A DNA stretch of 64,000 nt from Vicugna vicugna (GCA_013265495.1 MU057701.1:1-64000), one strand, 5' to 3'. Shown: positions 27,531 through 41,328, numbered from the stretch's first letter. Notes: generated by a model from the sequence alone, not told the origin. Numbers and translations: made by a program.

Positions 27531-30500
27531 AAGCCTTCCTATAATATTTATGCAGACTCACTTGAGGCTCTGATAACCTGGAAAGTATTATTTCCCTCAC
27601 ACAAACCAGATTCCACTTCCTTTTGGAACGTCAGCATTCTAGAATTTTAATAGAAATTGTTATTTTCACTAACTGTAAGAGGAAAAGTAGTGAAACGTTT
27701 TATGGTTCATTTCCAAGGACCAAATGTTGCTTTTTCTCATCTCACACCAAACTCCTCTAAGTTCTGTTTCATAAATTTTGTGGGACTCTGGTCGAAGAAT
27801 TGCTGACTCAGGTTTTCTGGTATGTGACTGGCCACTGGATTTACTGGGACCGAGATGACATTCTTATCCCCGAACAGTGAGTCTCACCAATGAGACAGAA
27901 CATTCAATAAATAGGCCCTAAAGGGGGAGACGAGTGTCCCTGAATCCTGATTTATAGGTGGGTGATGTGGAGTGGGGCGGGGAATGTTGAGCTGGTGTGT
28001 TTTTAGTGTATCTCATTTTTCTCGCCTCTGGCTTCAGCAATGCAGGAAACAAATACCAAATGTATGGGTCACTTAACGTGGAAGAGCTCAAACCAGAGAT
28101 TCTGTGAGTTTCGACACAGATGGTATCTGCAGACTTGACACAAGGTAATTAGATCAAGAGGGGCAAACCCGGCAGCACCCACATTGTTCACAGATTCACA
28201 GTTGATTGTTACCCAGACAGAAATTCTTCACTGTGGTTGATGACACCTTCGCATTTTTGCCCTGAAGTCCACAGAAGTTCTGCGTGGCAGTGGCCCTTTC
28301 CCAAGTGTAAATGGCTCTTCTCGGTATATTTCCCCATAAAACTGGAGCCCTGTCTTATGTCCTTTAGCTTTTGTGAGCTCAGTGACCCTTCCTTCAAAGC
28401 AGTGTTAAAAAAAAAAAAATGCCGGACTCCTTTTGGGCCTGGATTTATTCTCCATTGAAAAGGCCTGTGAGGTTTTTTCCTGTCCGAGAGTCCCTCCAAA
28501 TGGATGCTTTGTGAACTGCAGCCCAGATGCGAGAAGTCTGCAGGCTTTCCTGGGTGCTTTAGCTTTCCAGCCCAGCAGGAGTCCGTGGGGCGCTCGCAGG
28601 TTGTGCCTGGCCCTGTGCTGCCCTCCCCAGGGGTCGGGGGAGATACCCAGGTAGCTACGAGGCAGCCCCTGCTCCCAAGTTGCTGTGAGTCTGTGGAGAT
28701 GGGCTGGGCTGGTGGTGGGGCGGAAGGTCAGAGAAGATGGGTCTTGTGCCAAGGAAAGGGTGGAAGGGTGTACCCAGAAGCCCAGGACAGGAGCGGCGCA
28801 GAGATTCAGGTATTTAGGAAACAGTCCCTGAGTGTCTGTTCGCAGTGCTGCACTAGGCCGTAGGGGCTCAGAATAACTGGTGGCCTCATTGGCGTGAACG
28901 GGTCTTTGGGTTTCCCTAAGTACTGAATGATGTGAGGGGTTGGGTGCAGTTAACTCTGTAACATACTTAACAATCAACCATTCAGAACCGCTGCCAGCTC
29001 TTAAGTCTTGCCACCATCACTGGGTGAATGTGGAACGGAGTATGGAGTGTCCCTAAAATCCAGATAGAAATTTTAGGGTAAATAACAGAGAGCACAGGGT
29101 CTCGGCCTCTTCTCTAGATTGGGAGCCTCAAAAATACTGTGCCGCTCAAGCTCTGATAGAAAGTCTCCCAGTTCTGATTCCTTTGTGAGGGAAGGGCGCG
29201 ACTTTTTGCTTCTGCTAGCCAAAGCAGCCTTTCTGCCAAACCAGTCTGATGCGTTCACCATCAGCTCCCACCTTCCTTAGTAACTCCTCATCCTGAACTG
29301 TTGGGGAAATGATACCTCCTTTTGCCAGATTGAGCTCGACCACTAGTAGGCGCCCACGAGCTCATGGAGAAACGTGCGGCCACCCTGGGCAGACCTCCTG
29401 ACTCACGCCCCCCACCCAAGAGCAGTTCCCAGCCGGTTCTTGCTCCGCGTTGCCAGGACCGCTCCCAGACCTCTGCCCACCCCCAGCGAGGTAGGAGTCC
29501 GCACAGAGGAACACTCTCCCTCTGTCTGCAGGTTCTGAAAGGCTGTGGGCAAAGGAGGAAGATCCCTCAGTCCTTGGAGAACCGGGCTCTGAAGACATTC
29601 GGCTAAGGTCCTCAACCAGGACCCACAAGTGCCCTAAAATGGTCCTAGAAGCTGTAATATTGTGTTAAAGGAGCTTATGGCTTGAAGAGAAGGCAGAATC
29701 TCTGGCCCAGAATGTGTTCAGGTGGACGTGTCACCACCCAGCGCTGAAACCCGCGTGCATCGGGAAGTGACTCGGGAGCTTTCGCTCGCTCTCCCCGCTC
29801 CCTTGTGCCAGCTGGAGCCCGCCCAGGGCCCTTCTCCCGCGGTGACCTTCTGGGCTGACCTGACCGCCTTGCTGACTCAGGTCCTTCCGGGGGTCCCTGG
29901 CTCCCTTGTGACATGCCCCCGCCTCTGGCTGGGGCTCGGCTCCCTGATGCGTCTAGAGGCTGGAGCTCAGATCCCCCAGTCCCAGAACGTTGCCTGTTGC
30001 TCGACAGCTTGGCCGCCCCCGAAACATCTCGTGGGAAGGACGTTCGGTAAATCCTGTTCCGGAAGCAATCTGTCTCGCCACCAGTTTCCCCACCAGCGTT
30101 TGCTCGGGGAGGTCTGGCTCCTGGCTCCGGGTACAGAGCTGACTTGGAGCGGCGTGAGGGAACTGGCAGCGTCTGAGACACGGTTTCTCCCCTTGCAGCA
30201 CCGTCAGAAGAGGCCCAACGTGAAGGCGACAACAAACCTCGAGAACAGGGCGTTCTTCCTACAAATGTGAACGGGAAAGCCTGGCCCAGAGGCCGCACGA
30301 GAACTCCGTGGTGTGACTGTGCTCCACCGTTGCTCTGGGCTGCGGGGAGCAGTGAGGCTTTCTTCCCTTTTTCTGTCTGATGCAGCCCATCGGCCACTTG
30401 AGATGCTCCTGAGCTAGTCACCTAGGCTGCGGGGAGGGCAACTTTCTCAGCAGGTCGAGCCCTTAGCTCTGGAGGTGCAGCTACATTGACCAGAAAGCAC

Positions 30501-31106
30501 GGGGCCTCTCTGACGGCGCCAGGCTCTCGTCTAACAGAGGAGCTTGTTCGCATCCCAGTGCTGATGGGCACACACGCCTTTAAAATTCCAATTTCCGAAG
30601 CAGCTGCTGCATGACTGAAGAATGGCCCCGGCCAATGCCTTATCATTGTTTGCACTTAGGTGTGAAACTGGCAGGGGGGGGGGGTTGGCAAATTGCAGCA
30701 GGTCGTGGCCTGATCAGATGTTCCAGGGCGGAGGCTGCAAATCAGGTTTGAATAGGAAGAAAGCCTAACACAGCCTGGGGAAGAGAAGCCAGCGTCAGGA
30801 CATGTGAGCGATGTTCGGCTTCCGAAGGGTCTGCTGAGACTGGAGAGGGCGACGGAGGACAACAACAGTGGATCCTAGTTCCTGCTAGAAGACACACCCT
30901 CTCTCCTCAACCCCGCCCCCCACGGACTCCTCCCAAGCTTCAGGACAAGGTCGGAGCTCAAGAGGCCCAGAAGGAACCAGAAGGAAGCGGAGTCCTAACC
31001 AGGAAGAGGAAGCTCCTCTCCCGTGTCAGTTTCTCCTCACTCAGTGTGTTGTCGGTGACGGGAGTGGGGGGCTAGTAGGGGTAGGGGTGGGGGTCTTGGA
31101 TCTATG

Positions 31107-31331
31107 TCAGGGATCAGTAAACCATGGCTTGAGGGCCAGATCTGGCCCACAGCCTGTTTTTTTTTAAATAAAGTTTTATTGGAACACAGCACGTTCCTAT
31201 GTTTCCGCCTTGCCTGTGGCTCCTTTCACGATGCCCCAGCACACGTGAGGAGTCACACTGGAGGCTTTGTGGCTTGCAGAGCCTAAATTATTTTCGATCT
31301 CATCCTTTAGAGAAAAAGTCCGCTACCCCTG
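31107..31331. mobile_element. MER58A-like element
   Basis: cagggatcagtaaaccatggcttgagggccagatctggccc...aaataaagttttattggaacacagc...aaaaagtccgctacccctg, with terminal inverted repeats. Confidence 0.75.
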
Positions 31332-31443
31332 TTCTTTGAAAACAGCTGTCCCCGGGTGCAGAGGCTGCCTCGGGAGGACAGAGTAGGGGTGGAGGCTCAG
31401 GCCGAGTCAGGACTCAGTGGTACTCTTGACTCCATCACTTATT

Positions 31444-31729
31444 TTTATTTTATTTTATTTTTTATTGAAGTACCATCAGTTACATTGTGTCGATGTCTGG
31501 TGTACAGCACAATGTCCCAGGCATGCATATACATACATTTATTTGCTTTCATGTTCTTTTTCATTAAACATTATTACAAGATATGGAACATAGTTCTCTG
31601 TGTTGTACAGCAGAAACTTTTTAAAATCTATTTTTGTATAGTGTGGCTAACGTTTGTAAATCTCAAACTCCCAAATTTATCCCTTCTCACCCCTCCTTTC
31701 CCTGGTAACCATAAGATTGTTTACTTTAA
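31444..31729 (-). mobile_element. 5'-truncated LINE-1 3' end (cetartiodactyl/camelid type) with 13-bp TSD
   Basis: T-rich tail followed by L1 3'UTR-like sequence. Flanked by the perfect direct repeat tccatcacttatt at 31431-31443 and 31730-31742. Splits a MIR. Confidence 0.85.
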
Positions 31730-32057
31730 TCCATCACTTATTAAATGCTTGACCTCAAGCAAGTTACTTAACATCTCTGCCTCGGTTCCCACATCTGGAA
31801 AATGGGCGTCTGAGTCGTTGTTTCACAGGAACATTGTGAGGATGAAGTGAGCAGGTGAAGTAAGGCACGTGGTAATCTGTCAGTGAGTGGTACCTAGTAT
31901 CTGTACTGAGAGATAGTTCACATACTGTAAAATTCACCTTTTTAAAGTGTACAATTTGGTGGTTTTCAGTATCTTCACAAGATTGTGCAGCCATCACCAC
32001 TATCAAACTCTGGAACGTCTTTCATCACCCCAAAAAGCAGACTCCTTAACGCTACCT

Positions 32058-32532
32058 GCAGGAGGCTGAATAATGACCGTCCAGAGACACCAGGTCTTAA
32101 TCCCTAGAATCTGTAAATATAACCTTGTTTGGAAAAAAAAAAATACGGTCTTTGCAGATGTGCTGAAGTGAAGGGTCTGGAAATGAGGAAAATATTGCAA
32201 ATTATCCAGGTGGGCTGACAGTGCAATCGCAAGCATCCTTAGAAGAGAGACAGAGGGAGATCTGACGCGCAGACGGGAGGCTGGCGTGGAGGCTGAGCGG
32301 GGACTGCAGTGATGTGGCCACAAGCCCCGCCGTGCCAGCAGCCACCAGACGCTGGGAGAGGCAAGGAACAGGTTGTTCCCTAGAGCCTCCGGAGGGAACG
32401 TGGTCCTGCCAACACCTTGATTTTGGCCTGGTGGCATTGACGCTGGACTTCTGGCCTCTGGAACTGTGAAATTCTGTTTTAGGCCACCAAGTTTGTGACA
32501 GTGTATTCCAGCCGTCACAGGAAACTAATTCT
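32058..32532 (+). mobile_element. MLT1C/D-like MaLR solo LTR
   Basis: ctgaataatg...taatccctagaatctgtaaatat...ggtctttgcagatgtg...ttccctagagcctccggagggaac...ctgttttaggccaccaagtttgtg...caggaaactaa. Confidence 0.82.
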
Positions 32533-35324
32533 GCCATACCTATTAAGATTATAACCTGTGCCATCCTACTGGCAAAAGGCAGGCAGAAGTGGGGGCGTAA
32601 GTTCTAGACTCTCAACTGAGGCAGAATGCTCTTCGATACAGTCCACTTAGCCTCAGCCAGCAGGCTTTAACCTGGCAGGACCTAAACATTTTATGAACCC
32701 AAACCTTTCCCCCACTCCATTCATTGCATTTCTCCTGCATAAGGCTAGTGAATGCTTATTGGATTAGAAAAAATGAAAGCACGGCCCACCCACTCAGCAG
32801 GCCTCTCGTGGCATGCACACGCTGGGCGTTCTGAGCGTCCCTCGGGGGGGAGCGAACGCTGTTTTGGACACATTTCATGCTGCTTTGTGGAATGTCATTT
32901 TCCCGAGTTTCAGTATTTGTTTTGCGATGTTAAAAAAAAAAAAAAATCTCTGCCTGAGAGCAGATTTACTCGGCTCACTCTACACCCACTGCAGCTGCCT
33001 TTTCTCCGTGTGTGTTCTGTGTGCTGTTGGTCCTAGAGTTGGTATCTTCAGCAAAGATGAGAGAGGACGTGTGTATGCAGAGCATCGCTCCTGCGTGTGC
33101 CTAGGCAGAGCCTTCCCTGGTGGCCTCTTTGGTGTTACGACCGCTGGATGCTCTTGGGCCCTGAGTCTCGGTGACATTGTGGTCTTACTTAGCCCAGGGC
33201 TAAGCTCCTGGTTCTCGGGCAGGTGTCAGCGTGTTCCAGAGGCCCAGCTGTCGAGATCACTTAGTAACCAGAACACCCCAATGTTCTAAGTGATTTTAAA
33301 ATGGCGCCCTAGACGCCACTTCACTCCCGTCCTTAAGTCAGGTGCCACGGTCCCTTCAGCTGGGTTCAAGGCACCAAGGCAGAAATACGCACTTCATCCT
33401 CCTTCCCACCAGCCCCTGCGCCACACCCACAGCTCAACCCAAAGTGTGTGTTCCTTGAACCCCCCGCCCTCTGTGGCCTTCCCCCTTCCAGTGGAGGGGG
33501 TTGTGGTCTCTTCCCACCCTCCCCATCCCCCTGGGCAGACTTCTCCCATCCCCTCCTAGCTGAGGCCAGTTTTACTACCTCTTCCCTGGGACTTTGTCTT
33601 GTTTGGGGTCATTTTTAACCCAATAACAAGGGAAAGCTGGATTTTCCAAGCCTGCCCCGGCCTGGCCACCTGTTAGCTTTGTGTCGCACGCAGGTCTAAC
33701 CCCTCTCCTCTCTGCCTCCAAGTCCCCGTCTGCAAATGGGCTTGGAGTAGCATCCCTCTCTTTGTCGTAAAGTTAGCTGAAAACAGTGTCAGCCGCAGAG
33801 AAACCTCTCCAGGAATGTGGTCCCTTCCCATCGCCACCACGTTCCTTATCTTCTTGGGTACCAGGGAGTCAGGGACCAGCCTACACCCTCAGTGCCACGT
33901 GATTGAAATCAGCCATTCTCAGTGGAGAAACGAGAGAGCTCACACACTCCGCTGCTCATCTCTGCCTTCTCTTTAAAGGCAAACTTCTTAGGAATAAAAT
34001 AACTCATCAGATTTCTCTGACATGAAACTTATGTTCAAATGTGACCATATTTTTAATAAGAAATTAACTTACGGGTCTAAAGTTCTCTGAAAGAAGGTGC
34101 TACAGCTGTCAAAATCGATGCTTTGTGTTTGCTTGAAGGCACGGTTGATGGATTTGCGGAGCCTCCATCACTCTGTCGCCTGATGTTAAAAGACACCAGG
34201 TTCATTTGACCACAGGCACTAACCCTTCACCTGTTCTCTGCGCTTACCTGTCCCCCCAGCATTTTTGCATTCATGTCTCTTTTGCCCTTGGTAATTTTAA
34301 ACAAAGAAGAGTTTGTGTGTGGGGGGAGGGGTTGGTAGTGCCAGAAACATAATTTTGGCTTTTGCATGATGTGGGGTAGAATTATAGAATTTTGTTTTAC
34401 TCTTGCTTTTGCTGTGGAGCAAGGATGGAGGTGGGAGGGGGTCCGTGGGTCAGCACACACTGAACGATCCAGACTTTGGCAGCAAGTCCCTTTTCTGAGC
34501 CTTTGTGCGTGTTGTTGGCTTTTTAAACAGAAGCCTTGAAGAAGGGTGCTCTTAGAGGGGGGTAAAGGGCACTGAAAATAGAGAATTATTTTCTAAAGCA
34601 AAACAGATCATTTGAAGGTCTGTGTTGTCCTTGAATTTGGAGGCACTTGACTTCTTTGTGCATCCCGGAACAGTGTCGCCGTCCAGATGTGTATAAACTC
34701 TGTGATGGGCCAGGTTACTATGGGTCAGTGAAGACCATCCCCGTCTGCAGGCGAAGGGGATGGAGCTGCGTCCTCAAGAGGGCTGTTACTTTGTGTGGCA
34801 GACGAAGCCCTCAGAGCCTCCACTTGGCTTGTGCCCAGCCCAGCCGGCAATCCCAGCGTGAGGTTAACAATCCCCAGGAGGCAGGCAGGTGGGGTTGCAG
34901 GGGCGGGGGGACGGTAGGTGTGTCCAGCGGTGTTGGCTTTCATGTTAGATGATGAGCTTACGGGTCATTATTACACTTGGTAAGTTATACTCCATATTTT
35001 CTTGGGATCAAGAGACAATCTGGACCATTCTCTGAACGGATCCCGGATTGCACCCAACTGTTTTGTTATTTTAATCTCAAACTATTTTGGAACAGCTGGG
35101 AGCTGACTGTTGAACTCTGGCTTAGCCCTGAGGGCTAGGTATTCCAATCCTGTGCGAACGTGGCCCTTTAGCATACTTGGTTTCTTCACCCAGAGGAAAC
35201 ACCCTGCCTCCTGGACCAGACAGGAGGACTGGATGATGGTGCTCGTGGTGACAACGATGATGAGAAAGACAGCAAACACTTTTTAGCATGACCGTGAGTG
35301 ACAACGGCAGGTGCTCCCATGACA

Positions 35325-35520
35325 CTTCATTTGCTCTGGGCCCTCTTCAAAGTGCTTTGTGTGTATTCCCTCATTGAATCTTCCCAGCAACCCTATGAGA
35401 CGGGCACTTTTTATTGCTCTTATTTTGCAGATGAACAAACTGAGAAGTGCGGTAACTTGTCCAAAATCATACAGCTAATTAGCACGAGAGCAAGAATTTG
35501 AACCCAGCTGCCCATGCTCC
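35325..35520 (-). mobile_element. MIR SINE fragment
   Basis: caaccctatgag...attttgcagatgaacaaactgag...gtaacttgtccaaaatcatacagct...aatttgaaccc. Confidence 0.72.
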
Positions 35521-37062
35521 TGGCCACTCAGTTATCCTGCCCCTAAGAAGTCGGCCACCATCTGCAGCCTGTGCCCAAGCAGAGTGGGCCTGACAGTCAC
35601 CGTGCGTCCTCCCGTGCCCATTAGACAGTCACTCGGCGGCAAGTCTTTGCGGCTATCGCTTGCCTCTCCCTGAGAAAGCGTGGCGGTCGCTGCTTCCTGC
35701 CCGCCAGCCTGCATCCACACCTCTGCTTCCCCTCCATCGAGCAGGCCCTGGGCCAAACCCCTGACTTCATTCCTAAGTGTTGGCTATTCCATCTACACCT
35801 TCGATTTAGATTCCCCAGCCCGGCTAGGGCTGCCCAGTCCTCTGAGCTCACGCTGAGACAGCGCACAGGCCTAAACGCTTACTCAAAACTCACATGTGCC
35901 GGGCTCACCTAGCCACCTATGTCAGGTGTCTCTGGGGCACCAGGCCGGTATTTCTCAGTCTCCATAGTTTTATCTGAATGGACTTTGTCCAGAGATGGTA
36001 TCTTTACATTATCAGGAAATTCTATAGTCTTTCAGCCCCGGGTTGGTTTTTCTCAGTGCTGGGCTTCACAGTTGATCATTTCAAGTCAAACGATGGTGAC
36101 GGAATTAGCGTTCTCTGTCTCTGTTCGAGTTCGGCAGTGACAGAGTAGACCTCCGTTCTGAAATGGCCAATGCCATGGAGCAGGTGTATTTCTTTAGCAA
36201 GTGTGTTTTTCTCACAGGGGCTGGGGAACTGACGAACGAGATGGGGAGGGAGAAGCACGCCTGCCGCGTGCGGTCCCCCACGGGGCTCTGGGCTGGCCTG
36301 CCGGACCCTGGGGAGCACAATTAGTGTCGTGTCACTGAGTTTATAGGGGAGACTGGCTGCTTCTCTACTGCAGTGTGCAGAGACCATCCACCTTTCCAAC
36401 TGGAGTTGGCACGTTAGAGCTTTACCCCCACCCAAAACTCTCATTCTCAATAATTTATCAAGGGAGCATGATTTTTTTTTTCTGTCTTAATTCTGGGGGT
36501 CAAAACATCCTGGTTCTTGTAGAAGACGAGAGGCAGGAAATGAGTCGTGGGACTTGTGCTGGTCAGTTCTTGGATCTGCTGGTGCTCTTGGGCTGTGAAA
36601 TACTCCACATCCTGGACACAGGGCCTGTGAGGGGCTCTGACTTTTGGTCATACTTGGGACGATTTCTGAAGATGCTCAACTGACATTAAGAAGCATTAAA
36701 TTACATGGTGAGAAAATGATTACCGTTTCAATTTTCTTTCAGTCTTGGTTGTAACCGGGAGAAAGACTCCATCTGGCGCTGGAATATCCTTAACACCCTC
36801 TCACCTGTTAATTTCCCCTCTGTAACTGAGAGACAGCAGGCCTCAGGCCACGGAGAAATTAGGGACACTTGGATTTTCATCATATTTATTTGTATGGGTG
36901 CTTTCTATTTATGACAGACAGTCTTGGTTTTCCACTTACCATAGTGATAAATTTCGAGTAATACGTTTTAAAATATAGAGTGTTAAAAAGCCAGTACAGT
37001 TTTTTGTTAAAGTAAATGCTAGTCTGAGTCCTTGAATGATGCAAATGATGCCTCAGGTGATG

Positions 37063-37230
37063 CTGGCCCAGGGACCACACTTTGAGAACGACCGCCAGGA
37101 CTTCCCTGGGAAGCTTGGGCGATGCTGATACCTGGGCCTCAGCCTGGACCCATTAAATCGGGCTCTCTGCAGGCAGGACCCAGGCATCAGTATTTGACAA
37201 AAACATCCCGGGTGTTTCCAGGGCACAGCT
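37063..37230. mobile_element. MER5A/B-like element
   Basis: gggaccacactttgagaac...ggacccaggcatcagtattt...catcccgggtgtttcc. Confidence 0.6.
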
Positions 37231-37639
37231 GAGGTGGGGAACCCCCACCCCAGTGCCATGAGCCCCGAGGCGCCAAGGCCAGGCAGCATCCTCACTGCCC
37301 TCTGGCGCCACGTCTTCATCACATTCTCCTGCTTTCCCTCCTGCCTCGCACGTCTCACCCACTGCCCCACCTGTTTTGCTCTCCTTTTCTCTTTCCTAGC
37401 TTTCCCCTCTCCCAGCCCCCGCACACCTGCTCCTGTGCGTCCGACCTTCCAGCGCTGCTCCGTAGATTAAGACGTTGCTCACACCACGCCGCTGAAACCA
37501 CATGAGAAAATTTCCCCGTCATACTGTTCTTCACGGCTCTCGCCTGCCGGTTCCTAAGCCGACAGTCCAGTTTCTGGACATCAAAGTGTCTGGGGTTGTG
37601 TTCTCTGCCGGAAACTTGTATTAACAACAACAACGATCC

Positions 37640-37830
37640 TCATCATTATGGGGCGCGTACTTTGTGCCTGTCACCGTGCTGAGCACTGTACATGTGAGAA
37701 CTTACATAATTCTCAGTTTTCCGGATGAAGAAACTGAGGCACGGGGAGGTTAAATATCTTGCCCAGGGTTATACAAACACAAAATGGCAGAGCCAGAATG
37801 CAGACGCAGGCAGCCTGGCCCCAGAGTCCA
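37640..37830 (-). mobile_element. MIR SINE fragment
   Basis: ggatgaagaaactgaggcacggggaggttaaatatcttgcccagggttatac...cagcctggccccagagtcc. Confidence 0.75.
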
Positions 37831-38979
37831 CATTCTGAGCAGGTGGGACGCGAAGTTGGTCGCTCCCAATCCTGATCCAGGTGTCCCGGCTCACGTCAGG
37901 TGGGCTGTTCTCCGCTGCGATAAGAAATTGAAATTTGGATCCACGGTCTACTTCAGTGACAGCTGGAATTGAGAACTCTTTATGTTTTCAACTTCAGTGA
38001 CCATAGCTCAGTCGGAAGCCCACAGCTTTAAATCCCATCAAGATTTTAACTCATCACCACTCAGAAGAGGTCAGCCTTGTTTGATGTGTGCCGGCTGCCA
38101 GGACTATCAATTGCAGGTGGAAACGCCAGCCCCCGCATTCGTTCTGCATCCGGAGGCGCTCTGGGCGGCCTTGATGGCTCCTCGTTAGTTTATCTGGGAC
38201 GTAGCCTCTGTGGTAGACGTGCCGGAGCTCTTTCAGCCTTTTAAAAAGTATCTGATTCTCATTCCAGTGCTTAATTGGAGGGAGACTTTTGGCCCATTGT
38301 GGGAGAGCTTCATTTTTATACTCAAATTTTTCATCGTTTGTGATACTTGGGTTGCTGTTTTAAGAGTGTAGACCTTTCTGCATCGCATTAAAAACCTACA
38401 TGAATTTGGGGGAATTCTCAGGTGGCCAGGTCTCCTAGAGACCTCCTACCTCATTGTAGACTTTGAAATTGTAGGCAGTGGGGTGTGTCAGAAACACCAT
38501 GGCCGGGGCGTAGTAAGTGGGCACTCACATCATTGCAATCTTTTTTTTTTTTTCTTTTCCACCATTTTCCAAACTGCCAACAGTATAAGGCACTTTATAC
38601 ACATTATTTTATTTAATTCTCCCAACAGTCCTGGACCACTGGAAATATGTCCCTGTTCAGTTTTCTAGATGGAGAAACAGAGGCTCGTGAACTTGGGGTT
38701 ACTTGATAGAGGCAGGATGCGGGAGCAGGTGGGCTGAGCGGCAGAGCACACACGTGCATGCTGGCTTCTGTTCTGTCCACACGCAGCTGGATGAGGTTAG
38801 ATGTCATCTTATGGGGAAAAAAATCCTTGGAAGGCATAAGTGGAGTAGCAGGAACAGATGCCTGGCTTGTCTGTGGTTAGTCGCCCTGAGCCAGCCCACT
38901 CTCCCCAGATCATTTGAATATGGTCCCACCTGTCCCCTTCCTGCGATACGGCTTCCAGGCAAGGAAGATGTAAGGCTGC

Positions 38980-38998
38980 TGGCCAGCAGGTGGCAGCA
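38980..38998 (+). promoter_or_regulatory. Candidate CTCF site
   Basis: TGGCCAGCAGGTGGCAGCA fits the core CCASYAGRKGGCRS without mismatch. Motif only, binding is not shown. Confidence 0.5.
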
Positions 38999-40289
38999 CT
39001 CAGCGTGTCCCCAGACTGGTAAGGACAAAGCCATCTGGAACTTATGCTCTCAGGGCTGTGCCCAAAGATCCAGTATCTTTAGCATCCTTCCATCTCCTCC
39101 TCTGTCCCTGTCCACTGCCAACTCTAGCACCTTTTTAAAAAAAATTCTTTAAAATCCTGAATTTAGCAGCGAAACTTAGGCTAGAGTAGTGGTTCGCCAA
39201 CTTTTCATCAGAATCAGCTGGAGGTTTGGGAAACACAGGTCACTCGACACCCCCGCCCCCGAGTTCTGACTCAGTTGGTGATGCTGCTTGTCCAGGAGCC
39301 ACACTGTATAAGCCACTAGGCTACAGAGCCTGGTCCTGGTTAGATGTGTACTGAGGGTGTCTGGCTAACTAGGGGCCCTGAGGATGGGAAATTTCAGCCA
39401 TGTTGGGAAGACGCCACTGGAAGATGGTGAGGAAGACCTCTGGGGTGTGCAGACTCAGGCCTTTGTCCCTTCTCCTCAGAGTGGTAGATGGGGGCTTCAC
39501 TGACACACAGTGGCTTCAGCTCCCACTGTCCTAAGCCTCTGCCAGCTGCATCTCTGTGGGTGAAGCGGCCTTTCCTCCTAATTATTGTGGGTTTGCATAC
39601 GAGCACTTCTCAAGATAGAATGTGCATTAGTGTCACGTGGGGGGGGTCTTGTGACCTTGAGGATTCTGAGTGTAATTCTGCGTGTCTCCTGAGCACCCAG
39701 GTGACGCTCCAGGTGCTGCTCGGACGCGGGCCCCCCTCCCTTGGCGGAGCACGACCATAGGGCACCCGCGGAGCACAGCCTGCCTTCCAGCTGTGAGCGC
39801 CAATGGCTCTTACCTCTGCTGCGCAATTGAATCACCTGGGGAACTTTTAAAAACTTGGGCCACCCCCCGCCCAGAGATTCTAATTGAGTTGTAAGCACTG
39901 GAATTTTTAAACCCCCTCCCACACCATTCCAATGTACAGCCAGATTAGAAATCACCGACCTTTACACAGGAAAGAGATGACTTCTTCTGGAGCCTCGAGT
40001 GATGCAGTGGTACAGCCCAGGTGTCTGCATTTCTGACAAGCATCCAAATGTCCCAGGTCCTTCTGGACCAGGTGGATGCTGGGTCTCCAGGCTGGACCTT
40101 TCTCTCTGGCAAGGGTGGCAATGAGCAGCTTTTCCCATGTTGAGGGTCAGAGGCTTTTGGTCCTCACGTCCTCTCCCTCAAACACCATCTTGATGTCTCT
40201 CATCCATTTTGGTCCTGACGCAGGACACTGGGCAATACAGTCTGTTCTCTTTCTGTAACATTTGATCTTTCTTCTTTCTCTCTCCACAG

Positions 40290-40446
40290 TACGAGATGCA
40301 AAAAATCTAATCCCTATGGATCCAAATGGGCTTTCAGATCCTTATGTGAAGCTGAAACTTATTCCTGATCCCAAGAATGAAAGCAAACAAAAAACCAAAA
40401 CCATCCGCTCGACGCTAAACCCCCAGTGGAATGAATCCTTTACATT
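40290..40446 (+). CDS. PRKCA: PKC alpha exon 6, C2 domain, 157 bp
   Basis: tctctccacag|TA ... ACATT|gtaagt. (V)[51 protein letters not shown](F). Contains Ca2+ ligands D187/D193 and the lysine-rich PIP2 cluster. Confidence 0.98.
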
Positions 40447-41099
40447 GTAAGTGTGTCCTCTCTCCTGGCTGGATTTCCTCCCTCCACATTGTTAGAGATG
40501 ATGATGTGCGCTTGTTACAAACGTCTTTAAATATTGCTTCATTCCTAAGCCCTCTCCCACTCCAGCTAGAGAGGGAGCTGTTGTCACCCCCGTTTCGTGG
40601 ATAGAGACTTGTTTTACCAGGAAGTTACACAATGCAGGCCACCAATTATTATCAGTAACTTCTATACAAAAAATTCTTTTACATTACAGGTGATATAAAA
40701 ATGTAGAGTGTGTCCCAGCTCTCAATGGACTTAGGTTCTTTTGAGGGTTAGAGGAGGGTGTAGGTGAGAATTTAAATAATAAATTTTAAAATATGGACTG
40801 AGTACCATAGAAGTGGCCGTTGCCACTGAAATAAGATTATTCTTACCTCTAAGCAGGGAAGACTTCCTGGAGGAGGTGACATTTAAAGTGGGCCTTAAAG
40901 GAGTGCTGGGACTTCAGAGGTAGAGATGGTAGAAGAGAAGAAGGGAGGAGGGGAAGGGAGGAGGGAATGGCATGAATAAGGTAGGGGTCAGAAAACACTG
41001 AGTGAGCTGAGCTCAAGCAAGTGGTCCTCTTTGTAGACTAGAACACAGGAAGCGGTTTATCTGTGCACAACCAGAAGGTAGCTGTCCAGTGTATAGAAC

Positions 41100-41328
41100 A
41101 GAGGCTGTCCAGCTTTGCTCTGTAAAGGGCCGGATAGTAAATATTTTAGACCTTATGGGTCATACAGTCTCTGTTGCAGGTACACAACGATGCTGTTCTG
41201 GAGTCAGATCAGCCACAGACAACATGTGCCTACACAAATGGCCATGGCTGTGTTGCAGTAAAACTTTATTTATAGAAACAGGCAGTGGTTCTGATGTGCC
41301 CTGTGGAATGTAGTTTGCTGAGCCCTAG
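41100..41328. mobile_element. MER58A-like element in intron 6
   Basis: tctgtaaagggccggatagtaaatattttag...ggctgtgttgcagtaaaactttattta...tagtttgctgagccct. Confidence 0.75.

Noticed and set aside
29675..30421. 248-aa minus-strand ORF and 182-aa plus-strand ORF
   Set aside because: Low-complexity G/P/R/S composition from GC-rich DNA, non-ATG starts and no recognisable domain.
32205..32235. DUX-family binding site in the MLT1 LTR
   Set aside because: The position reads gacagtgcaatcg and does not match TAAYYYAATCA.
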